Source: Candidatus Sumerlaeaceae bacterium
GTDB lineage: Bacteria > Sumerlaeota > Sumerlaeia > Sumerlaeales > Sumerlaeaceae
DNA length: 64,000 nucleotides
Direction: 5' to 3'
Assembly (NCBI GenBank): GCA_051003195.1
Contig: JBPCLP010000034.1
Coordinates: 3,850 to 67,849 of the forward strand
The notes under the pieces were generated by a model. It worked only from the letters and a program-made list of their open reading frames with translations. It was not told where the DNA came from and did no database searches. This document shows positions 8,942-17,516 of this stretch, one piece after another (positions within the stretch are counted from its first letter, which is position 1; the number at the start of each line of letters is the position of its first letter). The position numbers were made by a program, and so were the translations under genes.

Positions 8942-9878
8942 CGCCGCCTCCCCCGCCACAACCACCACAGCCGCCTCCACCGCCACCACTGTCGCTACTG
9001 CTACTTCCCCCGCTTCCGCAACTGCCGCTGGAATCACCGCCCCCATAGCTGGAAGAACCGCCGCCGTCTCCCGAACGGTTACGTTTTACCCAATCGTTCA
9101 AGTCAGGGTACATCGCTGGAATTGCCGCGACGCCAAACAATGCGACACCGAGTGCGAGGTCGTTGCCACTCAGGCTGCTGCCACCGCTCTTCACCACGGC
9201 CTTCAATGACTCGCTCTTTTTTCGCAGCTTCGACAAAGTAGTGTCGGCACGCGACGTGCGGAAAAACTGCCCGGCAAGGCAAAGCAGCGCAATCAGCACC
9301 GTCGCAATCACAAATGCGATCAGGAAACCTACCGGCTTGTCCCGCGAAATCCCGACCCAGATTTTGATCGCGCCCACCGCCGCAACCACGAGGTAGAGGC
9401 TCATCATCAGGATTCGAATGCTCCAGATCGAGTTCTTCGACAGCAGCATGCCCATGCGCAGCAGCTTCTCGTGCATTTTATCAAAGGCTGGCGCGCACGC
9501 GCCAAATAGATCGCCCAGGCGGCCAACTTTCTGTGTATCCACCTGCCGGACAATTTCCTGTTCAAGCGGGTGCTCGACGTCGCGACGCCTCGACCCCTCG
9601 CCGTATACCACGGACACCGCATCGCCCATGATATGAATAACACCTTTTTGCAGCAAACTGGTGAGGGCGGCCTGGTACGCGCGTGGCGGGCCGCCCTGCA
9701 GATAAGCGACGTCGTAAGGATCCAGCCGCCCGGCCGCCAACTGGTCGTAGTCGGATGGCCCGCGCATGAAGTAACGCATGATCAGCCCCACGATCATTGC
9801 GCCACCAAACATCACTCCATACAGCACAAGAAACTGCGGCCCGCGAAGATCAAAAAATGCCGGCAGATCAATTAGCAT
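8934..9878 (-). CDS. TIGR04222 domain membrane protein with Gly/Ser/Cys-rich C-terminal tail
   Basis: FFDLRGPQFLVLYG, LDPYDVAYLQGGPPRA, SRDKPVGFL, RTSRAD; tail SGSCGSGGSSSSDSGGGGGGCGGCGGGGGGD. Confidence 0.88.
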   Translation of the reverse strand: MLIDLPAFFDLRGPQFLVLYGVMFGGAMIVGLIMRYFMRGPSDYDQLAAGRLDPYDVAYLQGGPPRAYQAALTSLLQKGVIHIMGDAVSVVYGEGSRRRDVEHPLEQEIVRQVDTQKVGRLGDLFGACAPAFDKMHEKLLRMGMLLSKNSIWSIRILMMSLYLVVAAVGAIKIWVGISRDKPVGFLIAFVIATVLIALLCLAGQFFRTSRADTTLSKLRKKSESLKAVVKSGGSSLSGNDLALGVALFGVAAIPAMYPDLNDWVKRNRSGDGGGSSSYGGGDSSGSCGSGGSSSSDSGGGGGGCGGCGGGGGGD

Positions 9879-9990
9879 GGGATTTCCCTGTTGGATTCTT
9901 TTGTGCAGGCTGCGGCACCGGGACGCAGTTCGTCAATGCGGAACAACTGCTCACACTATGTGAACGACTGATGAAGTTGACGGATCGCTC

Positions 9991-10905
9991 CTACAAATTG
10001 CGCAGACGGAAGATGAGCATGAGAGAGCGGCTGGGAGTGGTAATCCCCAGAACAACCGGGCGCATGGTGTCGGTGCGGAAGTGGTTGGCAAATACAGTTC
10101 GTCCGACGGACAGGTCGAAGGGGTTCGCACCCTTGTCTTTTTCGGCCAGGTTCAGCGCAACTTCGTAGTCGCCGGTAAGCGTCTGACGCAACTCGTAGAG
10201 CAAAGTCATGCGTTCGCTAAACTGCACCGTGTTCTCCCCGCCACCAGTGGCCGGCGCCGTCAGATCGGCAATTTTCCAAAGGCGCCCGGGCATTGCGGCG
10301 GATTCGAGATCGTTCGCTGCGAGGCCCATGTTCGGTAAATTTGCGGGGAGTTGCGCAAGCGCAATAGGGGTCGCGGTGGTAGTGTCGTCCGGCGCATGGT
10401 CTGTAAGAAGCGCCGCGTGAAGTTGAATCTGTTTCACCGGCCGTTTCATTGCCGAGCGGATTTGCTCTGTAAGCTGCACTGTGCGTCGGAGCGACTCGGA
10501 AGTGCCGGTGACGGCGACATGTGCGCTGTCGATCTGCTTCGCCGTGAGGTTTTTGCCGAGTGTAGGGCCGATGATTTGGAGAAACTCGCGTGCATCGATT
10601 CCAGTTTCGAGCACGCGTGTCTCGGCAGGAGCCCCGCTCTTAGCAGCATACCCCCCAGTACCAGGCTTCGCGGGAGCTGTCAGCCGCGCGGGAGATTTGT
10701 CCAGCAGGCTGCCTCCTTTGAGCGTCGCTGTAGCCGCGTCGTTATGCACGCTGGGGCGCCTGTCAGTTCGAGTGGTCGTACTGTCGAAGCTGCGTACGGA
10801 TGAAGGGCCCTGGCCGGTGCTGTCGATCTCAGACATCTGCGCGCCACAGCACGCGCTCAGCATGACGAGGGTGCCGGGTAAAACAGCTTTTCTTATGCGT
10901 ACCAT
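9991..10905 (-). CDS. Hypothetical lipoprotein, possibly with a secretin-N-like alpha/beta domain
   Basis: Lipobox-like MLSAC; Thr/Ala/Pro linker; IDAREFLQII...HVAVTGTSESLRRTVQLTEQI. Confidence 0.55.
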   Translation of the reverse strand: MVRIRKAVLPGTLVMLSACCGAQMSEIDSTGQGPSSVRSFDSTTTRTDRRPSVHNDAATATLKGGSLLDKSPARLTAPAKPGTGGYAAKSGAPAETRVLETGIDAREFLQIIGPTLGKNLTAKQIDSAHVAVTGTSESLRRTVQLTEQIRSAMKRPVKQIQLHAALLTDHAPDDTTTATPIALAQLPANLPNMGLAANDLESAAMPGRLWKIADLTAPATGGGENTVQFSERMTLLYELRQTLTGDYEVALNLAEKDKGANPFDLSVGRTVFANHFRTDTMRPVVLGITTPSRSLMLIFRLRNL

Positions 10906-10924
10906 GCGTCGCTCCGAATTGTCC

Positions 10925-11173
10925 TCAGTAGGTGCGTGGCACGTCAGCTGTCGCGTACGTCCACAGAATCCGCGTGCCCGAGGATGTTATATGCTCGACC
11001 GTCAGCACCTTACGCTCCGGATCAAGCAGATCGCTTTCAAGCCGTGCAAGCGTCTTCGAGCCGGTCGTCATGCGAACGTTCCCAGAGGTTGATAAGGAAC
11101 TTTGCCCATAGACGGGAATGCTAGTCCCAAGGGCGATCACCATCGCGCCGAGACAACTCACCTTCTCGATCAT
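10925..11173 (-). CDS. Small secreted hypothetical protein (82 aa)
   Basis: MIEKVSCLGAMVIALGTSIPVYGQ signal-like; ATGA overlap with the stop of the upstream fusion gene. Confidence 0.5.
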   Translation of the reverse strand: MIEKVSCLGAMVIALGTSIPVYGQSSLSTSGNVRMTTGSKTLARLESDLLDPERKVLTVEHITSSGTRILWTYATADVPRTY

Positions 11174-14100
11174 GTGTGCCCACATGCTGCGTTTACTTTC
11201 AGCAGGGCGGCTCCGTAAGTATAACCTCCACCAAAGGCAGTGAGTCCCAGCAGATCGTCCGTGTGCAGTTCGGCCGAGTTCACGAGGTCGCGCAGGCATA
11301 GCGGAATCGTGGAGGAAGAAGTATTGCCAAGCATCCGGATATTACTGAAGACCTTTTCCGGCGCGACGCCGAGATCCACGCCAAGATCATTAAGGATTCG
11401 CTGATTTGCCTGATGCGCTACCACATAGCGCAGATCCGTCGGCAGGATTCCATGCGCGCGGCAGACTTCGCGCAACGATTCGCTTAACGCTGGTATGCTT
11501 TCCTGCCGCACGTGCCGTCCCTCGAGCTGGATGTACTCGCCCGTACCAATGGGCGGAACGGTCAGCGCGTTTTCCTGGTCGCCTTTCGCATGCACGCTCG
11601 GCCGCAACACTTCAAATGGAGCGGACTGTGCAAACGATTGACCGCCGACAATACAAGCGGTCGCGGCATCTCCGAAACCGATACACGTGGCAGCATTCGT
11701 CGGGTCCAGCAATGACGACAGAGTTTCGGCTGTCACCACGAGTGCGCGGCTTTGCGGGCTGGCTTTGATCAATCCATGTGCGATCTGTAACGCGTAAAGG
11801 AAACCAGTGCAGGTAGCGAGCACGTCAAAAGCGGGCGCGCGGCACGCCGGCAGTCGATGATTCAACTCCGCCAGGATGCTGCATGCGATGGATGGACACA
11901 CCTGACTGACGGAACTCGTTGCACAGACAATGAGATCCAGGTGCTGGAAGGCCGAAGGATCCGCATCATAACAGGCATCCACGGCTTTCATCGCCAGCGT
12001 AAATGCTGTCTCGCCCTTTGCCGCGCGGCACCGGCTTACGATGCCAATCTTGCGCAGAATATCTTCTTCGGTAAGTTCCGGAAAACGCGCAGCGAGGTCA
12101 GCATTGGTCGTGGTTTGCGAGCCCTGCGCAGTATAAACTCGGGAAAGGAATACGGCGGTGCTACGGCGCGGATCGATTATCTCCGGATTTTGCATAGAGG
12201 GAATTTCGCGGCGCACGATATCTTGGGGTAACACACGACGCTTAACGACCGGTAGTGGCCGGTTCGGGATGTGCATCTGGCCAAGGCCAGACGTGCGCGG
12301 CTCGGGCGTGCGGATGCTGATCAACGGCGTTCCGATCCGTACCATGTCGCCCGCGCTCACGAGTATCTTTTCTACGCAACCACTCACGGGCGCGTCCAGT
12401 TCTCCCGCCGCCTTGTCGGCTTCCACTTCTGCAATGGTATCGCCAACCTTGATCTCTTTGCCGACCTCCACGAACCATTGAAGGATGGTAAGCTGCTCAT
12501 CAGACGGGCTGGTGCCAAACGCCTCCACGACATACAGGTGCGGGTCAGTCTCAACTGCGTGGGCCGCCGCGGGCTCGACATCGAGGTCGAGCAGTTCGGC
12601 GGCGGCTTCCACGATCGCCGCCGCGCTTGGCAAAACCTCGAGCTGGTTGCCGAAATTGCACGGTATGTGCGTATCCGCGCGCGTCACGCGCCGCATGTGC
12701 ACCTGGCGGGAAGCCTTCTCGGCGATCGTTGCGCACACCTCTGCGCCAAATCCGACCGACCGATTGTCTTCGTGCACGACAATCAAATTCCCGGTCCGCT
12801 CGACGGAGGAGATCACGGTGGCTGCGTCCCAGGGCGAGATGCACCGCAGATCGATGACCTCGGCACTGACGCCCACTGCATGCAGATGCTGCGCTGCGGC
12901 CGTGCAGAGTGGCACCGTTCCTCCCCAACCGAGGATGGTGACCTCCGTGCCGCGGCGCATCACGCGGGCGCTGCCCAGCGGGACGATCAGGTGTTCGGGT
13001 AATTCGCGCGTCGCCAGTGAGCGGTCGTTCAGGCAACTTTTCGGATAGAGGAAAATCGTCGGACGCCGTGACGCGAACGCCGCGTTCAGCAGACCTGCCG
13101 CATCTTCGGCGTTTGATGGCATGATCACATCCAGTCCGGGGATGTGGGCTACTACCGATTCCAGCGTTTGCGCGTGAAAGGGACCCAGGCCGGCCTTGTA
13201 GCCGCCGCAAACCGCCATCACGATAACAGGGGCCTGCCACCCGCCATCCGTGCGCCAGTATATACTGGCCAGTTCGGCGGCAATCTGGTTGAATGCGAGC
13301 GGAATAAAATCCGCAAATTGCAGAAACGCGACCGGGCGCTTACCGGCAAGTGCGCGGCCAATGGATACGCCAATGATCGTGGATTCGGAAAGCGGCGAGT
13401 TCTCCACCTGCTCGGGAAATGCAGTACCCAGGCCGCGCGTGAGTCCGAAAACGTCTCCCTTCGGATCATCGATGTCCTGGCCATATAGGATGACGTCCTG
13501 ATTCGCGGCGAGTTGCGCCCGTAATGTCCGACGCATGGCTTCCAGCATCGTCAGGGGGCCATCCACCGGAGGCGCAGGTTCTGCCAAAGCGGGGGCTGCT
13601 ATACGTGGCAGCGGGGGTTTCGCGTCCATGCATGCAGTCGGCTCCGCCGCACGCTTCGCCCGCTCGGCGGCCGCATTGACCTCTTCGCGCGCGGTCGACG
13701 TGATTTCATCCAGCTCCTGTTGCGTCACGCCGAGCTGCAGCAAATCAGATGCAAGCACGGCAAGCGGATCGCCGGTACCCGCTGCGCTTGCAATTTCCTC
13801 AGCGCTGCGATAGACAGCCTGGTCGTCCGCGTTGGTGTGATCGTCCAGGCGTTCGGTTCGCAACACCGCGATGACCGGTGCGCGGTTCTCCCGCGCGCGC
13901 TGCACCATGCTGCCAAAGACCGCATAGCACGACTGCACACTCGAGCCGTCGAGGTAGTGTATCGGAATGCCCATGAATTCGTCGGCGAGGCCAGTCGGCA
14001 GTGAGTAAAACGTTTTGCCGGCCGTGCGTGTGCTGATGGCGAAGTAATTATCTTCGACCAGCCACAGCACCGGCAGATGTGACCGCACCGATTCCGCAAT

Positions 14101-14580
14101 AGCTTCCAGCACTTCGCCTTCCTGAGTTGTTCCGTCGCCAACGCAGCACACTACCACCGGCTGCCCGTTGCGCTCCTTTACGGCGGACGCAATGCCCGCT
14201 GCCTGAAGCGCGTTATTTCCCACCGGTCCCACGACGCTGAGCACATTCAGCGAAGGCGCACTCATGTGTGCGCTCATCTGGCGCCCGCGCGAGTGCGAAT
14301 CGTTTTTGCAAAAGAGCGCGAGAAAAAAGTCTTCCGCAGCGATTCCGCGCGCCAGCATCAATGCCTTGTCACGGTAGTGGCAATGCAGCCAATCCTGAGT
14401 GCCGAGATGCGGCGCCAGCGCGGCCGTTGCCCCATGACCAAAACCCGCCACATGAAAGAACGCTTCGCCGCGGTTGGTGAACTGCCGCTCGAGTTCGTCG
14501 ATACGACGTGCCGCCACCAGCGTATGGTATAGCGGCAACAGGGCCCGCGTGGTCGCGGTTGACAGGTCGACTGAACTCAT
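11170..14580 (-). CDS. Fusion: 2-oxoacid dehydrogenase E1alpha + E1beta + lipoyl domain + FabH-like 3-oxoacyl-ACP synthase III
   Basis: HCHYRD, GDGTTQEG...VEDN (TPP motif), HTNADD; NSPLSESTIIG, EVIDLRCISPWD; VEADKA lipoyl Lys; ATCTGF, HQAN, GNTSSS (Cys-His-Asn triad). Confidence 0.92.
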   Translation of the reverse strand: MSSVDLSTATTRALLPLYHTLVAARRIDELERQFTNRGEAFFHVAGFGHGATAALAPHLGTQDWLHCHYRDKALMLARGIAAEDFFLALFCKNDSHSRGRQMSAHMSAPSLNVLSVVGPVGNNALQAAGIASAVKERNGQPVVVCCVGDGTTQEGEVLEAIAESVRSHLPVLWLVEDNYFAISTRTAGKTFYSLPTGLADEFMGIPIHYLDGSSVQSCYAVFGSMVQRARENRAPVIAVLRTERLDDHTNADDQAVYRSAEEIASAAGTGDPLAVLASDLLQLGVTQQELDEITSTAREEVNAAAERAKRAAEPTACMDAKPPLPRIAAPALAEPAPPVDGPLTMLEAMRRTLRAQLAANQDVILYGQDIDDPKGDVFGLTRGLGTAFPEQVENSPLSESTIIGVSIGRALAGKRPVAFLQFADFIPLAFNQIAAELASIYWRTDGGWQAPVIVMAVCGGYKAGLGPFHAQTLESVVAHIPGLDVIMPSNAEDAAGLLNAAFASRRPTIFLYPKSCLNDRSLATRELPEHLIVPLGSARVMRRGTEVTILGWGGTVPLCTAAAQHLHAVGVSAEVIDLRCISPWDAATVISSVERTGNLIVVHEDNRSVGFGAEVCATIAEKASRQVHMRRVTRADTHIPCNFGNQLEVLPSAAAIVEAAAELLDLDVEPAAAHAVETDPHLYVVEAFGTSPSDEQLTILQWFVEVGKEIKVGDTIAEVEADKAAGELDAPVSGCVEKILVSAGDMVRIGTPLISIRTPEPRTSGLGQMHIPNRPLPVVKRRVLPQDIVRREIPSMQNPEIIDPRRSTAVFLSRVYTAQGSQTTTNADLAARFPELTEEDILRKIGIVSRCRAAKGETAFTLAMKAVDACYDADPSAFQHLDLIVCATSSVSQVCPSIACSILAELNHRLPACRAPAFDVLATCTGFLYALQIAHGLIKASPQSRALVVTAETLSSLLDPTNAATCIGFGDAATACIVGGQSFAQSAPFEVLRPSVHAKGDQENALTVPPIGTGEYIQLEGRHVRQESIPALSESLREVCRAHGILPTDLRYVVAHQANQRILNDLGVDLGVAPEKVFSNIRMLGNTSSSTIPLCLRDLVNSAELHTDDLLGLTAFGGGYTYGAALLKVNAACGHT

Positions 14581-14781
14581 GGCGGCAACACTCCACTATG
14601 CGTATATGCGGTGCAATCGTAGAAAATCAGCGCGAGCCCACCAGGAACCCGAAGATTGCACGCGTCATAACACTAGGACGAACCAGGCGGCGTCCAGGTT
14701 GTCACCCGGCCGGATAATATATGCAGTACAGCCGATCCGTCCCTTCGCGTGGTGCGGCGTGGGTCAACCCCAAGAAATGGC

Positions 14782-15360
14782 TTATGGCTCCACGGCACTG
14801 CCAACGGGTGGCGGCGGAGGAGGTGGCGGCGCTGGCTCCGAAACCGCGGCCGCCGCCGGTACGGACTCCGCCGCGCTGTAGGGCTGCGCGAAACTACCGC
14901 TCACAACCTCTGCAGACCGGAACACGGCCGTGTTGGCCATCTGGTCCCACACTGCCTGTTTAGCGGGCTGCAGTATAAGGTACAAACTCGCGAACCCAAG
15001 GCCCAGACCAAGTAATCCGCCAATTGCCTGGATCAAGCCATGCAGCAGCCAGATATTAAAGATGGCTGCTGCGAGCATGAAAAGACTCGGTGACATTTTT
15101 ATCAGGTAGCGCTTCAGCAGCATTTCCTGACTGGCGGCGCTGCCGTCTGCAGCCGCAATGGTAAGACCCATGATTTTCTTCCCGGGGCTGGCAGAATTCA
15201 TGACCTCTGTGAACATGTAGGCCAACACTGCGGCTGCGGTAAGTACTTCGCCGATCCAGTTTTTCAGCACGACCCGGACGACAATCGTGCCGATGATAAG
15301 AATTCCCCAGTCGATAGCCGCTGCAATGATGCGCTGCTCGAATCCCATACGCTTTTCCAT
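14782..15360 (-). CDS. RDD family membrane protein with Pro-rich tail
   Basis: GFEQRIIAAAIDW, ASPGKKIMGL, QAVWDQMANTAV. Confidence 0.85.
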   Translation of the reverse strand: MEKRMGFEQRIIAAAIDWGILIIGTIVVRVVLKNWIGEVLTAAAVLAYMFTEVMNSASPGKKIMGLTIAAADGSAASQEMLLKRYLIKMSPSLFMLAAAIFNIWLLHGLIQAIGGLLGLGLGFASLYLILQPAKQAVWDQMANTAVFRSAEVVSGSFAQPYSAAESVPAAAAVSEPAPPPPPPPPVGSAVEP

Positions 15361-15495
15361 CGCCTGACTCCCGTTCTCTTGCGTTATCGCGCATACGAGT
15401 GCGCTCAATAATATCGAAGTCAAAGCACTAAAGCACTGCCCCACAAAGTAAGAATACTAGTTGATGCCGTATCGGTGTATGTTTGAAATGAAGTC

Positions 15496-16341
15496 ATGGA
15501 GTCACTACCCCTTCTGCGCATGGCAGCGCTGTCTTGCATTGCCGCGGAATGCCTGTTCGTCAACGCCGCCTCAACAAAACAGCGCAAGCCAACGATTGGA
15601 ATCAACCTGGAGGCGAGTGGCGACACTACCAGCCCGCGCTTTTCGCTCAGCTCCGATTATGTGGATGCCGTCACCAGTGCGGGCGGTGTGCCATTGCTGC
15701 TGCCTGCCCTTACATCGCTGGAGGACGTGTCCGAGCATGTAAAGCTGTGTGACGGGTTTGTCTTTACCGGCGGGCGGGACGTCAATCCCGCGCGGTTCGG
15801 ACAACCTCCCCACGCCGCAAATAAGCTCTTACTCCCCCGCCGCGAGAACTACGACTTTCGCCTTATACAGGAAGTACTGCGGGCGCGGAAGCCCTTCCTC
15901 GGCGTTTGCCTGGGTTGCCAGCAGGTAAACGTCGCACTTGGAGGAACGCTGGTCCAGGATATTCCCTCGGAAACGAGTTCGACGGTGGACCACCACCAGG
16001 GCGAGACGCGCCACGAGACAGCGCACAACGTGCACATAACCACACGTTCGCGCCTGGCAGATATTGTGGGCACTACGACGCTCGCGGTTAACAGCATCCA
16101 TCACCAGTCGTGCGGCGTTCCCGGTCGCGGTGTTCGCTACACTGCGAAATCGGAAGACGGGATTATAGAAGGATTCGAAGTCTCCGGTAGTCCGTTTGGG
16201 ATCGCCGTCCAGTGGCACCCCGAAGCGATTCGTCAATACCCCGGGCATTTGCGGCTCTATAAACGGCTGGTGCAATCGGCACGTCGCAATAAGTCCGCTT
16301 CAGTGCCGCGCGGATCGAAATCCGAATCACTTCCTCAATGA
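15496..16341 (+). CDS. Peptidase C26 / gamma-glutamyl-gamma-aminobutyrate hydrolase (PuuD-like) class I amidotransferase
   Basis: DGFVFTGGRDV, LGVCLGCQ, VNSIHHQ, AVQWHPE. Confidence 0.9.
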   Translation: MESLPLLRMAALSCIAAECLFVNAASTKQRKPTIGINLEASGDTTSPRFSLSSDYVDAVTSAGGVPLLLPALTSLEDVSEHVKLCDGFVFTGGRDVNPARFGQPPHAANKLLLPRRENYDFRLIQEVLRARKPFLGVCLGCQQVNVALGGTLVQDIPSETSSTVDHHQGETRHETAHNVHITTRSRLADIVGTTTLAVNSIHHQSCGVPGRGVRYTAKSEDGIIEGFEVSGSPFGIAVQWHPEAIRQYPGHLRLYKRLVQSARRNKSASVPRGSKSESLPQ

Positions 16342-17313
16342 TTTTTCAAACGCTGCTACCGACACCTGGTCGTGTATGACTTCCCGCGCTGTACCGGAAG
16401 CATCATAGATTACCACGGTTCCCGGCGCAGCAATGTGCAGTCTTTTAGCCAGGTCGGCATTGGCATTAAAATCGAGCCGAATGGGGATATAGTCTGTTGC
16501 GATGATCGTCTGCACCGCGGAGTCGGTGAACACATCCTGGTCGAAATAACGCGTGACCGCGTTCTGCTCCCCGCAGAGGAACAGAAGCACTTTCCTGCCG
16601 TGCATAGCCGCAGCGCGGTACCCTGCCACCACGTCCTTCACCCATACTATTGCGCTGCCTTCAGTTTGGGGTACCAGTGAAGCCTCGGTTGCGGAGGCAG
16701 GGCGTTCAATCATGGTTTGTGAAGCGGCAGCATGTACAGTGCCGCTCGACGGCACATCAGTAGAGATAACCCGGGGCGTAACTGCCGGCGCCATCTCCCA
16801 CTTCAGGTCGTCAAATGCCGCCGTATTGAAGGTTGCCGAAAGCCGGATACGGACGGAACCTGCACCGGCAGGCGCGCCTACCGGTCCAAGACGGAACGGC
16901 GTCCAATTACTGACAACATCGCCTGAGTTTACGTCCGGGCCGTTCTGCAGTACCGTACCCGCGGGAGCATTCAGCCAGGAGAGCGCAACCCGGGCCACAT
17001 CAAATGGGGCGGTCTTGTCTCCATTGCGCCACACGCCGCTCAGCACATAGCTACTGCCCGGGACAACTGCCACATCCTGGTACACAGAACTGTCGCGTTC
17101 ACCGCCGTTAATTTTTCCGGAGAACAGACCGCCGTTATGTTTCTGATTATCACTTACGAACGTACCTTTTTCAACGATCCAGCCGGATGATGCGCCGCCC
17201 GGCGAAGCGTTTGTCTCAAAGTCGCCATTGAGTAAAGACTGGCATACGGCACAATGGGCTGCGGAGATGAAGGCCATCGTTGCTATTACGATCCGCGCCT
17301 GCTGAAGGGTCAT
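16327..17313 (-). CDS. Secreted protein: CBM-like jelly-roll domain, linker, thioredoxin-like domain lacking CxxC
   Basis: Signal peptide; LLNGDFET...YQDVAVVPGSSYVLSGVW...FDDL; RKVLLFLC...YIPIRLD...LAKRLHIAAPGTVVIYD. Confidence 0.7.
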   Translation of the reverse strand: MTLQQARIVIATMAFISAAHCAVCQSLLNGDFETNASPGGASSGWIVEKGTFVSDNQKHNGGLFSGKINGGERDSSVYQDVAVVPGSSYVLSGVWRNGDKTAPFDVARVALSWLNAPAGTVLQNGPDVNSGDVVSNWTPFRLGPVGAPAGAGSVRIRLSATFNTAAFDDLKWEMAPAVTPRVISTDVPSSGTVHAAASQTMIERPASATEASLVPQTEGSAIVWVKDVVAGYRAAAMHGRKVLLFLCGEQNAVTRYFDQDVFTDSAVQTIIATDYIPIRLDFNANADLAKRLHIAAPGTVVIYDASGTAREVIHDQVSVAAFEKSLRK

Positions 17314-17516
17314 TGAAGGTTCCTCGTTGCTGAAGCTCGTACGCCGCGTCGCCGCATGTAAGCCACATGCCGCTGAATTGAGCGCAATTAGTCAGACAGC
17401 TTTGTTTTCATTTCTCAATCAAAACTTTCACGCACAAAAAACGGCCCGCCGCCGAGCATTCGTAGTTGCCTTTGTCCACGCCGCCCCGGCAAGCTGCGTG
17501 CTGAACAAGGGATTGC

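Noticed and set aside
7603-9046. ORF-track starts at 8400 and 9046
   Set aside because: The extensions are alternative-frame readings of the neighbouring genes; overlap logic favours ATG 8115 and GTG 8941.
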